63,189 nt of DNA, filler included, from Saprolegnia diclina VS20 (GCF_000281045.1; 9 parts of 2 records of this genome joined end to end with filler, not necessarily neighbours in it); one strand, 5' to 3'; counted from the whole stretch's first letter, positions 46,857 to 59,166 are shown. The notes: generated by a model not told the origin, from the letters alone. Translations and numbers: made by a program.

Positions 46857-47402
46857 AAGTCCATGCCATCCTTCTCGACCGCCAGGCCAATGCTGCGCGC
46901 GTGCGCGTTGTGCTCGAGGATGATCTGCTCGAGGTACAAGAGCGTGCGTTGGTGGTGGACCTTTTGGCGGATCTGCACGAGCGCCTGCCACGTATCGTTG
47001 CGGGACATTTTGCAGCAGTCGGGGCACTTGAGGTTCTCGATCACAAACGTCACTAGAAACGACTGCTGCAGCACCGAATGGCGCAAAATCTAGTCGCATT
47101 TCGAACAGGAGCGAGAGCGTTGGGAGACACATACCTCTTTGCGGATTGTGAGCTTGAGCTTGACGCGCTTGCTGTGGGGCTCGGTCCACATAAAACTCGC
47201 GTCCATGAGCTTGATGTCACGGCCAAGACCGTGAAGTTTTTTTAGGCAGATCGACATGAGCTCCAAGGACTCGAGGTGGCACTCGACGAACGCGCCATTG
47301 CTGTCTTTGGCGCCTTGCTGGAAGCGGAGGCAGCCGTTGCACTGGGTCAAGACGCCTTCCTTGGTGATACCGTCGGTAATATCGACCTCGTTCGATAGGC
47401 AG
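46857..47402 (-). CDS. NMD3: 60S export adaptor NMD3, internal fragment (copy A)
   Basis: CLSNEVDITDGI, LESLELMSICLKKLHGL, DASFMWTEPHSKRVKLKLTIRKE, CPDC...WQALVQIRQKVHHQRTLLYLEQIIL; N-terminal zinc knuckle missing, 3' end at gap. Confidence 0.85.
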
Positions 47403-47772
47403 AATGTATCACATACAAATACGAAGATAGTGCAAGCCAAGGGACTTCAAATCAAAAAGAACCTTCGTCGCGTTCGTCGAGCGCGCAAAGGTACGATGAC
47501 GATGCCAATGCGAACACTCCCGAATGTGTGCTAAGGATGGTGTCGATAGGGCTCTGGAAGGACTCAGTGTTGATGAAAAAATATGCTACGTTAGAGCTTT
47601 CTGGTTTCTGAGTCCTTCCAGAGCCCTATCGACACCATCCTTAGCACACATTCGGGAGTGTTCGCATTGGCATCGTCATCGTACCTTTGCGCGCTCGACG
47701 AACGCGACGAAGGTTCTTTTTGATTTGAAGTCCCTTGGCTTGCACTATCTTCGTATTTGTATGTGATACATT
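47403..47772. repeat. Perfect 165-bp inverted repeat with 40-nt spacer
   Basis: 47403-47567 is the exact reverse complement of 47608-47772. Confidence 0.95.
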
Positions 47773-47998
47773 GTTCGTGTTCTTTTCGCGTACTTGGTGT
47801 TTGTATCGCATACAAAAAGTGCGTATAGTCGATTGCGTGGCAGCACCAGGTGGCGGATGGATCACGCGACGCGACGGCGCTTCAATGACGTTTCGGAGCG
47901 CCATGCGATGACCGTTGTTGGCATCCCAGCAAGCATCTTGACGCATTGACTCATTCCTCAATCTGCTTTCTAGCACCACCACCAACTCGACAACTGCC

Positions 47999-48347
47999 AT
48001 GGCGTCCAACAACATTTACCACGGTCAAGCGGCGTTCGCGCCGGGTCTTGACGTCAAGCCACACACGTACGAGGCGCGGCCGTTCGACGAAGAGAACGGC
48101 ATCGAGATCAAGGTGTCGCACTGCGGCATCTGTGCCTCGGACCTGCACACGATCTCGGGCGGGTGGGGACCGATCCAGTACCCGCTGGTCGTCGGCCACG
48201 AAATCGTTGGCCACGTCGTGCGCACCGGGTCCAAGGTCGACTCAATCAAGTACGCGATCGGGACGCGCGTCGGTGTCGGCGCGCAGTGCGGGAGCTGCCT
48301 CGACTGCCACCAGTGCAACATGCACGAAGAGCAGGTGTGCCCCAAGC
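47999..48347 (+). CDS. Zinc-dependent alcohol dehydrogenase (cinnamyl-alcohol DH-like), 5' fragment only
   Basis: CGICASDLH, GHEIVG and structural zinc CGSCLDCHQC...C; abruptly joined to NMD3 sequence; INR-like TCATTC at about 47951. Confidence 0.85.
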
Positions 48348-48893
48348 CTGCCTCTCGAACGAGGTTGACATTACCGACGGTATCACGAAGGAAGGCGTCT
48401 TGACCCAGTGCAACGGCTGCCTCCGCTTCCAGCAAGGCGCTAAAGACAGCAATGGCGCGTTCGTCGAGTGCCACCTCGAGTCCTTGGAGCTCATGTCGAT
48501 CTGCCTCAAGAAGCTTCACGGTCTTGGCCGTGACATCAAGCTCATGGACGCGAGTTTTATGTGGACCGAGCCCCACAGCAAGCGCGTCAAGCTCAAGCTC
48601 ACAATCCGCAAAGAGGTATGTGTCTCCCAACGCTCTCGCTCCTGTTCGAAATGCGACTAGATTTTGCGCCATTCGGTGCTGCAGCAGTCGTTTCTAGTGA
48701 CGTTTGTGATCGAGAACCTCAAGTGCCCCGACTGCTGCAAAATGTCCCGCAACGATACGTGGCAGGCGCTCGTGCAGATCCGCCAAAAGGTCCACCACCA
48801 ACGCACGCTCTTGTACCTCGAGCAGATCATCCTCGAGCACAACGCGCACGCGCGCAGCATTGGCCTGGCGGTCGAGAAGGATGGCATGGACTT
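48348..48893 (+). CDS. NMD3: NMD3 internal fragment (copy B, inverted relative to copy A)
   Basis: Same peptide as copy A, with only a few synonymous differences in the first 170 bp or so. Confidence 0.85.
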
Positions 48894-49319
48894 NNNNNNN
48901 NNNNNNNNNNNNNNNNNNNNNNNNNNNNNNNNNNNNNTTAATTAATTAANNNNNNNNNNNNNNNNNNNNNNNNNNNNNNNNNNNNNNNNNNNNCGGAAAT
49001 GGGACGTTCATATCTCAAGAGGTATCCCTCTACCAAGTGAACATCAAACTTGTGAAAGAGAATAGATCTGACCTCTGAAAATGTATGCTCGTCGTCAGTC
49101 GCCGTTCACTTTTCATTCTGCCATTTGCAAATGCCGGCCATTTCCAGCCCAAAGCCGGCGTCGGCTCGTCCCGTGCGCCGTTGACGACCGCCGCGTCTGC
49201 AACACGGAACCCTCCCTTCTACCGACGTAGCTCTGTCGCTTGGCAGTTTTATTGAATTGCTGCATAGGTCCATCAGCGAGCAGCGACCCGCGCGCGCCAC
49301 ACACGGTCGTTCTCGTGCC

Positions 49320-49502
49320 AACGATGGTTCCGGGAACTTTCTGTTCTCGATAATCGACGAGCTCACGGGCTTGCCGATGCAAAATCACATGTACCGGATT
49401 CGGGTGCCAGCTTGCCACCCGAATTGGGTACACGTGATTGTGCATCGGCAAGCCCGTGAGCTCGTCGGTGATGGAGAACAGATAGTTCTCCGAGCTATCG
49501 TT
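49320..49502 (+). ncRNA. Imperfect 183-nt hairpin; candidate hairpin-RNA or pre-miRNA
   Basis: 87-position ungapped stem, 12 non-Watson-Crick positions of which 5 are G.U on the + strand, 27-bp perfect core. The hairpin is certain; expression is not. Confidence 0.4.
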
Positions 49503-50854
49503 CGCCGGCAAGTTCCTCGCGGCGATGGCCATCGACACGGTAGCCAACTGGGTTTGTCCCGGCTCCTCCATTATGGAGTATGTGACCACGCGCGTCCAAA
49601 CTGTGGTTGGATACACAGGCCAGCTCCCGACCGGTCCGTTTTCGCGACGAGGTCGACCGGCAGCGCGACCTCGGCGGCAGCACTTTGTTTGTCACCCACT
49701 GCAACCGCCATTGCCGCGTACGAAGAGCTTGCGCGCTTTGTTTGATAAGCTTGGCGACGACGACATGCTCTCGGATCTCGTCTCGACCTGGTCGATTTGA
49801 TCTCGAAAAAATGACAGAAACAAGATTTGTTTGCTTGTACTTTGTTTCCTAGCTGCATGTTGAAAACTTTCATCTCCCATGACGCTGACGACTCGGACGT
49901 TAACGCTACCGTGCTCAGTCGGCGTGACATCTTGCAGACAGTAGTACTCTTCTTCGTTTATGTTAACGGCAGAGTCACCGGGCGATAGAGCGGCACATGG
50001 AGTTTCGATGGCGCACGGCGAAGGCGACTTCAGACGCCGTGATCATCCTCAAAACGTGCGTTGCGTCTTGGTACGTGCGTGCACCAACTCACGCCGTTCT
50101 TGGTCGTATGGACGCTAGTGTGAAGATGTCGCGGAACGTCTGCTAATTTGTGCGTCTTGGAGTGCTCTCGCTCGTGAGCGTTGGCGCACGGGTGCTGATT
50201 GCGTATCGACGCGCTAGTGCTTGCGCTGGATGGGCAAGTAACATGTTGAGCGGCGTCTTGCTGCGTCACAGGTCGTTGTTACTGTACGGGTACAAGCTGA
50301 TGCTGCAGCTGGCCCTCGCGCTCCATGCCAGCGCGGTTTTGGCGGATTGTGAACCAGCGCTCGACAGTTGACACGCGTGTGTTTAGTTGTGCTCGGTTCA
50401 CTGTGTACCGCATTGACAATAACACGCAAATTGCGTCGTCGTGACGCTGGACTTATAGTCTATGACACTTTTGTACACATCTAGAGCGACTCCAAGAAGG
50501 AGGGTAGAAGGGTAGCTCCCATGGAGCTATCTATATGTCGATTGCGTCGGTTGTGTGTACTGGAAGCGTACACATGCACCATAACAATTGTACCAGTGCG
50601 AAGACACTTGCAACTGCTAAATGCTGTATCCTCCAAGGCGCGCGACGCGCACGTGTCAAAGCAGCTGCATCTCGTGAGCAACAGCAGCGTGGAGCGATCG
50701 ACTTCCCAGGAAAAGAAGATGACCTCACGTTTGTTTCTCCGTTGCGTTTAATTTGCTGCTGTTCAAGAAGGAAGCGACAATGGCCAATCCGCGTGCACAG
50801 GTCTATCCATGGTCTGTCATTGGCTTGAATACTGGAACAGCAGCCAATTGCAAC

Positions 50855-51050
50855 CGAAATTCGGGCGGTCTGAGAGGAGCATGTCGAAATATCTTGTTGC
50901 AGAACATGTCGGCGCCCAGCTTGGCCTCGCCTTCAACCAAGTCGGTGCTGCTCGAAATTCGGGCGGTCTGAGAGGAGCATGTCGAAATATCTTCTTGCAG
51001 AACATGTCGGCGCCCAGCTTGGCCTCGCCTTTAACCAAGTCGGTGCTGCT
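50855..51050 (+). repeat. 98-bp tandem duplication within copy A
   Basis: CGAAATTCGGGCGG...GGTGCTGCT twice with 2 mismatches; single copy in B. Confidence 0.9.
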
Positions 51051-51579
51051 AAGGTTGGTCTACTGCGACACGTCTTTTTGCATGGAATGCAAGGCGCCGT
51101 CAACGGAGCTGCCGTCCAAGCATCTCTGCGCCAATGTCCTCAGGCCCTTCGTGACGCTTTTGGAGTCGCAAGTCCCGGGCGTGGCGTATGCTATCAATGT
51201 GGAAGAGCGGTTGCGGGTAAAGTTTCGAGGTTGCTGTGCCTTTAAGAGTCGACTTGCCATTTCCCAAGTCCCCTCCAAGGTCTCAAACCAACATGGTGAG
51301 CCAGCCTCACGCCGTCCTCGACGAAAGACCTCTTTACGCTCCCCATAGCGCTGCGCCGCCACTTGCACAAGCACGCCGAGGTGACGTGGCAAAAGTTCCA
51401 GACGCAGGCGACGACCAAAAGTTGCTTGGTCGAGCGCGCCGGCATTGTCCCCGAAGACATCCACATCTGCGCAACGACAGGTAGCATACTGGACTACTAC
51501 TCGCCATGCCACACCTACCGCGAGTAGCTTTGGTGGTCAACATTTTTGGGCCAACAACGTTGGCCCTAAGATGTAAATG

Positions 51580-52052
51580 TTAACCCCGGTGGAGCCGCCA
51601 GGGTTGCGATTCGTCGCGTTCCGAGGCGACACGGACGCGTTGCCTATGACACTGCGCAACCGGCATCTAGAGTACGCCTCGTCCAACGCCGGCGCGGAGC
51701 ACATGTGCCGCCTTGACGGCCATGTCGCGTCGCTTGTGAGCTTCGCGATCGTCATGCAGCGTGCGCTATTGCCTCACAACACAAGCGTCCGCCTTCTCTT
51801 CTAGCCCGCAGATGAGGGTGACTTCGGTATTCTACCGCTTACGCCAGCGCCATGTTCTCATGTGCCAGATGATAGGCGCCATCAAGGTGATCGAGAACGT
51901 GTGTCTCGACAGCGTCGACGAGGTCTATGGCTACTACAACAGTCCGTTCCCGCTCAACACGGTCAGCGTCCGCACCGGCCCTATGATGGCCCAGCCCGCC
52001 TTCTTTAGCATTACTGTCTCGGAGCCTGGCGGCCACAGATCAGCGCTCGCCA
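51580..52052 (+). pseudogene. M20 (M20D-type) amidohydrolase pseudogene fragment, copy A
   Basis: VAFRGDTDALPM...EYASSNAGAEHMCRLDGH...VRLLF*PADEG...CLDSVDEVYG...GPMMA...PGGHRSA, versus consensus RADMDALP, CGHDGH, FQPAEEG, GGHGS; internal stop. Confidence 0.82.
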
Positions 52053-54125
52053 GTGCTCCCGGCGGAGTTGGTATTGCCACACACAAACGACGGGTGCTCG
52101 CTTATACACATTTAGCGAAGGTTGCCACACACAACGCCAGGGTGTATACACACATCTCCCATGAACACTGATTGGGTTACACACACAAATTATCTTGTTG
52201 CGGTAGCGCGAAAGTTCACTAGTCGTTGTTGTTGGAATGAGCCTATTGAGATATTATTTCCTACAGGTTTCCTGTTTTTATTTACATAGTAGCTAGCGTT
52301 AAGAGGCGGGCCTCTGTGGCGAGGGTGCGTGTTTTTTGGCGATCTGATGTGGGAGGTTTTCCTTAGAGTGTAAGCGAGAAAGGCACCCTCTTGGCCCATT
52401 TCAATCGGGTTATGGCATGGCGGTTTCTAAGACTTGGTACATCGCGCAGGTCGGCCAATTGAATTCGCATGCGCATAGCTGGATTTTAACCCGCTATCCG
52501 TTCAAGCACGAATTGAAGTGGAAGACCTTAACCAAGGGCCCACCCCTCCCTTCAATAGTTTGTTTGTTGTCAGTGATTCGAACACGTCCAAGACTTAGGG
52601 CCTGTATGTTGCTTCTCGTTTTTGCCTCTAAGGCGCCTGAGACGTGTTTTTTTACCGTTGCTGCATCTGCCTATGCAGAAGCGACAAAGACACTGTTTTC
52701 CAAGAGCGTGCGCGTGAAAAATATTTTTTTTGCATGCCACAGCCTATTAGAGCAAATGATCAACCCGGGAGCGTCACAGACTCACTTCGCACGCAAGACT
52801 TGCCACGCCTTAACGGCATGTCGTTTAGCCAAGCTATGTAATGCGCACTGCGTGAGTAGACAACAATTGGTCACAGAAAAAACAGTTAGTTTGCAAAATG
52901 AACAGTTAGTTTGGAAAATGCCGAGCGGCATAATAGAACGAATCCAGAACCATTTTCAGTGCTCCTGAACAACCAAAGTGGAAAATGACTGTTGGGGCCA
53001 GAGGACTCACCTCACCCAATTTGACGACTTCCACAAAAATATTGAGCCTCACGAATGTACTTTAGTTGGCGTTCTCTGTCACTCATGCTTAACGGGGCTT
53101 TTTTCCGCTGTTGTTCCTTCGAGTCGTTTGGTGCAGATCGGGCGCGGCGTTTGTTTCGAATGCGCAAGTCATACGACGAGCCAGCGTTTTGCCACACCCC
53201 GTGCCTTGGTGTCTGAGCGCACATCGGCTATCGTTTGCTTGCGTGATCTACTCTTCACTATCACTTGCCGCGCGCCCAGCCATGGCATACGTAGGGTCTT
53301 TGTTTCGAACACTCCGACGAAGCGCATCACTAGCAAAGCTTGACTAACGATCCTTAAAGACGCCTCGACCTGGAGACTGAGCGCGTAGCCATCATGAAAG
53401 CGCTTTTAGCGATGGAGACGACTCGGGGGTGCCAAGCTCGTGCACGCAAAGTTTGCGGTCATTGAGACAATGGCCCAAGCCCGGGAGGCCTTGAAGAAGG
53501 CAGACGCTACCTTAGACGAAATCAATATGGTTGAGGCGCTCACTATAAAGCTTTTATCGCTAACAAAATGGCATGCGACTTTTACACCGGTTTAACCCGT
53601 TTTTCCATCAAACGTTATAACACTCTTTTTGTTGATGCACCATTTAGCCTTCCGAGTGATGCAAGTAGCAAGGTCGGACGAACTATGCTGATTTATCGGC
53701 TTATTGAACTTGATGGAGCTTTTGAATTATGCAGGAGTTTCATCCGATGAGATCGCTGGATACGACCTGTTCGTCATTTCATCAAGATTTGATGGCCAAC
53801 GTAAACCCTACTATTTGTAGTTACCCATCGCTTGTTTGGACTCGATTTCTTCCGATACTCCCCTGAGCTATCACAACCAGTGCTTTCGCAAAATCTGGTT
53901 TGAGACAGTAGCAACACTTTGCAATGTATGCTTTATAATCTTTAGTTTTTAGCTGGATTTGGGTGACGCCATTCCAGGGGCCTGGTGCCTTAGGCGTCGG
54001 TTCTTTGTGCTCGGTCGGTATCTGGATTTATTCGGGCTCTGACGGTTCCGTTTAAAACACACCCGACAGCTTGCACTCCTCTGTCAGGCGGTCCGAGTAC
54101 AGGAGCCTGCGTACAACCCAGAGTT

Positions 54126-54215
54126 ACATTAGGTGTTCACAATCATAGTGTACTATATCTGGTGGATAGTGGATAGGGATCGATAAGCTATCGCATCTCT
54201 AGAACAGCAGATTTC
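54126..54215 (+). repeat. About 90-bp repeat, inverted partner of 55201-55298 (TE terminus)
   Basis: TACATTAGGTGTTCACAA...CTAGAACAGCAGATTTC matches the reverse complement of 55201-55298; runs into the gap. Confidence 0.8.
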
Positions 54216-54660
54216 NNNNNNNNNNNNNNNNNNNNNNNNNNNNNNNNNNNNNNNNNNNNTTAATTAATTAANNNNNNNNNNNNNNNNNNNNNNNNNNNNN
54301 NNNNNNNNNNNNNNNGACGGCTGCGACGGCGCCAGCGATGCCGCAGGATGCCGCCGCGAGGGGGAAAAAGAGAACAAAAACCGCGAACGTCTTGTGAGCT
54401 GCGGTACTGATGACGTCGCATTGTTGGGGAAACTTGTCGGCGTAGTCGAGCAGGTCAATGCCCAAGGCAAGTGCACCCTCGTCGTACACACTGAGATCGC
54501 GGAGCCGAACGTGTAGATGTAGGCGGACACAGAGCGAAGTTGACGCGCCAGTTGAACAAAAAGCCAAGGTGCCGAGACGGGTAGGGAAAACGGACCGTAT
54601 CGCACTCACCCACGAGCGCCAGGGACGCAATTGGCAGGGCGTGGTTGGCGCTCACGGGCT

Positions 54661-54716
54661 GCTGCTCTTGTATGCTGGCTTAGCGACCGCTGCTCTTGTA
54701 TGCTGGTTTAGCGACC
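54661..54716 (+). repeat. 28-bp tandem duplication
   Basis: GCTGCTCTTGTATGCTGG(C/T)TTAGCGACC twice. Confidence 0.9.
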
Positions 54717-54942
54717 GAGTGGCCGCAGTGCGGTTGCGTGCGCGATGCTGCGCTAGAGGCGTAGATGCGAAGGGTGTCGGCGTCTTGGCTAAAGACCATC
54801 GAAACCACGGTGCGTCGCACGCCCGACGGCCATCGTCGTGTGCGCCAGCTGATCGTCGCTCGTCGGGGCCGGGCAAGCGTGCGGACGGTGTCGGACTCGT
54901 CAATGATGACGCCAGCCACCGAGCGCCTTCCTTGAGGCGCAC

Positions 54943-55298
54943 CGAGCTGGAAACCACCATTGAGAGATTAAGCTTGAGGCCTTGGTTGCCGTGCAGATGC
55001 GGCATATGTCGCCGTGAGAAAGCAAGGTACTTGGAGAAGCTTAGCTTTTGACTGATACTACAAATTCGTGGATGGCTCGAGCTCACTTGCTCTGCGCCTG
55101 GAGCTTGTGACGTGTGCGTGCTTCCATATCTTGGTCTTCTAGAACGCTCGGCCTTGCGTGGAAATCCTCTTCCACTTCTTGGAAACATCACTATCCCCCA
55201 GAAATCTGCTGTTCTAGAGATGCGATAGCTTATCGATCCCTATCCACTGTGCCACCAGATCTAGTACTGTACACTATGCTTGTGAACACCTAATGTAT
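54943..55298 (-). mobile_element. Possible LTR followed by a primer-binding site
   Basis: On the - strand the repeat continues about 330 bp to ...TCTCTCA, then A-TGGTGGTTTCC (PBS-like); no gag or pol recognised. Confidence 0.35.
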
Positions 55299-56714
55299 CT
55301 CGTTATCAAACTCTACGACAAAACTGGAGCAATTGCGGGTGACTCGAGCCGTGTTTGCATTGCGACCGACTGTTGTGGCGAATGGTCAACAGCTGGAACT
55401 AGTGTACTTTTCGTAGTCGAGCTCGGACGTGCAAAACCCGAACGCGCGGTTGTAGGCCCTGCATTGACAGGAGAACACGCATAGGTGTGAAGCAGCGAGG
55501 AATTCTGCCTTTGTCGGCAGGCACATCAAGGTGACGACATCCGCGTTTCCTTGCGGTGCCCGGTTGCTCCAGCAGTACCTACCTACCTGGCTTTAGGAGC
55601 AGCGGGTGACAGGTCGGACGCATGCCATGCGAGTCCGCATCATTCTTACACCAATATCGTGGCGGCGGGAATTTCGCTAAAATAACTCGCGAGGGCGTCG
55701 CGCCGGTCGTGTCGGTTGAGGCGCTCGGCGGCGATGGCATCGACGCGCCCGGTGGCAGTGGCGGAAGCGGGACGTTCCATGGCCTGCGCGGTTTTGGCGG
55801 ATGTGAACCAGCGCTCGACAGTTGAGACGCGTGTGTTAAGTTGTGCTCGGTTTACTGGGTACCACATTGACAACAACACGCAAATTGCGTCGTCGTGACG
55901 CTGGACTTATAGTCTTTGACACTTTTGTAGACATCTAGAGCGACTCCAAGAAGGAGGGTAGGAGGGTAGTTCCCATGGAGCTGGCTATATGTCGATTGCG
56001 TCGGTTGTGTGTACTGGAAGCGCACGGATGCACCATAGCAATTGTACCAGTGCGAAGACACTTGCAACTGCTGAATGCTGCGTCCTCCAAGGCGACGCGC
56101 GCGTGTCAAAAGCAGCAGCATTTCGTGAGCATAAAGCAGCCAATTGCAACCGAAATTCGGGCGGTCTGAGTGGAGCATGTCGAAATATCTTGTCACAGAG
56201 CATGTCGGCGCCCAGATTGGCCTAGCCTTCAACCAAGTCGGTGCTGCTGTGGTTGGTCCACCGCGACACGACCTTTTGCATGGAAGGCAAGGCGCCGTCG
56301 ACGGAGCTACCGTCCAAGCATCTCTGCGCCAATGTCTTCAGGCCCTTCGTGACGCTTTTGAAGTCGCAAGTCCCGGGCGTGGCGTGCGCTATCAATAAGG
56401 AAGAGCGGTTGCGGTTGAAGTTTCGAGGTTGTTGTGCCTTTAACAGTCGATTTGCCATTTCCCAAGCCCCCTCCAAGGTCTCAAACCATCATGGTGAGCC
56501 TCACGCCGTCGTCGACAAAAGACCTCTTTGCGCTCCCCATGGCGCTGCGCCGCTACTTGCACAAGCACGCCGAGGTGACGGAGACATCCACATTTGCGCA
56601 ACGAAAGGTACCATACTGGACTACTACACGCCATGCTACACCTACAGCAAGTAGCTTTGGTGGTCAGTCAACATTATTGGGCCAACGTCGTTGGCCCAAT
56701 AATGTAAATGTTGA

Positions 56715-57172
56715 CCCCGGTGGAGCCGCCGGGGCTGCGATGCGTCGCGTTCCGAGGCCGGACGCGTTGCCTATGACACAGCGCAACCGGCACATAGAGT
56801 ACGCCTCGTCCAACGCCGGCGCGGCGCACATGTGCAGCCTTGACGGCCACGTCGCGTCGATCGTCGGCTTTGCCATCGTCATGCAGCGCGTGCGCCTTTG
56901 CCTCACAACACAAGCATCCGCCTTCTCTTCTAGCCCGCATATGAGGTTGACTTCGGTATTCTCCCGCTTACGCCAGCGCCATGTTCTCATGTGCCAGATG
57001 ATAGGCGCCGTCAAGGTGATCGAGAACGTGTGTCTGGAAAGCGTCGACGAGGTCTACCGCGACTAAAACAGCCCGCTCAACACGGTGAGCGTCCGCACTG
57101 GCCCTATGATGGCCCAGTCCGCCTTCTTCAGCATTACTGTCTCGGAGCCTGGCGGCCACAGGTCAGCGCTCG
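56715..57172 (+). pseudogene. M20 amidohydrolase pseudogene fragment, copy B
   Basis: DALPMTQRNRHIEYASSNAGAAHMCSLDGH...CLESVDEVY; same TAG as copy A plus extra deletions. Confidence 0.8.
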
Positions 57173-57991
57173 TTAGTGTAAGTCTATTGAGATATTAATT
57201 CCTACAGGTTTCCAGTTTTTGTTTACATAGTAGCGTTAAGAGGCGGGCATCTGTGGCGACGGTGCGTGTTTTTTGGCGATCTCATGTGGGAGGTTTCCTA
57301 ACAGTGTAATTGAGAAACAGCGAACTCTTGGCCGATTTAAATCGGGTTACGGCATGGCGGTTTCTAAGATTGAGTACATCGCGCAGGTCGGCCAATTGAA
57401 TTTGCATGCACACAGCTTGATTTTAACCCGCTATCAGTTAGAGAACAAATAAGAGTGGAAGACCTACGAGCCGTTCGGCGATGAAGAAGGCGGGGAACAT
57501 GACCACTGAGAACGCGATCGTAATGTGCATCTGCATGGCCGGACCTAGAGCCCACCCCTCCCAACAATTTTTTGTTCATTGTCAGCGATTCGCACGTCCA
57601 AGACTTGGGCCCTGTACTTTATGTGTAATGACGGCCTTGTTTAGTGCCCGACACAAGAGCGTGCGCAATTTCTTTTAATTATTGCATGCCACAGCAAATC
57701 AGATTATTAGAGTTAGTGATCAACCCAAGAGCTTAATAGACTCACTTCGCAAACAGGATTTGCCACGCCTTAACGACATGTCGTTTAGCCACGCTATATA
57801 ATACGCACTGCGTGAGTGTAATCGTTAAAGACAATAAATTGTAGAATAAACATTAAGTTTGGAAAATGCCGAGCGGCTTAATAGAACGAATCCAAAAGCA
57901 CTTTAAGTTCTCCTTAAAATCAAAGTGGAAAATGGCTGTTAGGTCAGACGACTCAATACCTTCACAAAATGTTACGCCTCACAGATACATA

Positions 57992-59166
57992 CATCTAAGG
58001 GGGGATTTATCGTCACTAATGCAGCTAAGTGCTACATTAGTGTCGGTCAAGACCTTGGCGATCGCGAAAAATGGCGCGGCGCAGCAGATTCGACCATACA
58101 TAAATATAATAGGTAGGTTAAGGAAGTTACCGATGCGTTCGTTGTTGTAGCTAATGAAACTTAAGAGGAGTAGTTGTTCCGAAAAAACGGGGACGAAAAT
58201 CTTGTTAGCATGGGTTTGGAAACATTCTGCGATGTTATCGTCGCAGAAATCATTCGCGCAACTGGATCTTGAGGCCTATTACTGCCAGGTTCGTCGAACA
58301 CACCCCGAATTGCCACGCGTCTTGTAGCGAGACGGACCGTGCGCGGCCTGTCGTGTTAACGAGAGGTCCTCGCTGCGTGCCTTGACCTCGTCGACCTCTT
58401 TATGACGCCGTTTAAAGAACCAAGAGATAGTGTAATTCGCCAGATTCATTCAAGGATGCAGTCATATGGTCGTATTTGGAGTGCAAGCGAACATGTTACA
58501 GTTACTAATCGTTGGCTTAATTGCATAGGTAGAAGTATTTGTTGCTCTCCAATCGATATAACCTGGCATCTGGTGACCATGTTAGTTAGTATCTCAGTAG
58601 ATCAGCCAACCGATCACAAAGCGGTGCGGTACAATAAGCGAAGCGAATACGCGCACACAGTGCGCGTATTCGCTTCGCTGTACGGAGTAATTCCAGTAGG
58701 ACGTCTTTTGTACTTGCGAGCTTTTATGGTTTATGCAGAAATGCTAAAATGTCGTCGTTCGGCGAAATGGCTTACAATTGTGTGAAGATATTGGAATGAG
58801 AGCGGTTCACTTACCACGGAGCAGCGCAACTTCTGGAAAATTGCCCGTATGTAGACAAAAACAAGAGCAGCCAGAAAACGCACCCACACATAGTTTGTTG
58901 CGCATGACTTATGCGGAAAAAGTTTCTGCTGGCGCTGTCACCAAGAAGGCAGGACCAAATTGGACGCCGTTTGGCGAAGCGAATAGATGGTAGTCGTCCC
59001 AAGGAAAATCTTAAGGGCTCAATTTTTCCATCAAATCTTAATGGAACGGCTTGATAGAGAAACAATTCCCCAATTTTAGTTTATTTAGAAGTGCCGAAGT
59101 AAAAGGGTCGTCCCTAGTGCATTTCCATCCGAAAAAGTCAGCTTGAATCCCACTTGGATGACCGAT
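57992..59166. mobile_element. Non-autonomous DNA-transposon-like insertion
   Basis: Absent from copy A. Imperfect terminal inverted repeats CATCTAAGGGGGGATT and AATCCCACTTGGATG (ends 59160). Direct repeat GATACATACA at 57984-57993 and 59167-59176. AT-rich and non-coding. Confidence 0.5.
58637..58679. repeat. Perfect 20-bp stem, 3-nt loop palindrome
   Basis: AGCGAAGCGAATACGCGCAC-ACA-GTGCGCGTATTCGCTTCGCT. Confidence 0.92.

Larger units (their letters stand above)
50322..53919 (+). repeat. Composite decayed repeat, copy A
   Basis: Collinear similarity with 55776-60265 along its length; all internal frames broken. Confidence 0.85.

Noticed and set aside
47403..47772. Perfect 165-bp hairpin as a functional hpRNA
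   Set aside because: Zero divergence between arms and an end exactly at a chimeric junction favour a fold-back artefact.
47999..48893. ADH-NMD3 fusion protein
   Set aside because: The junction is out of frame (the ADH frame stops at 48403), both parts are truncated, and the contig has artefact hallmarks.
53340..53640. Possible Harbinger Myb/transposase remnants
   Set aside because: Only a vague coiled-coil C-terminal resemblance; no DDE motifs found.
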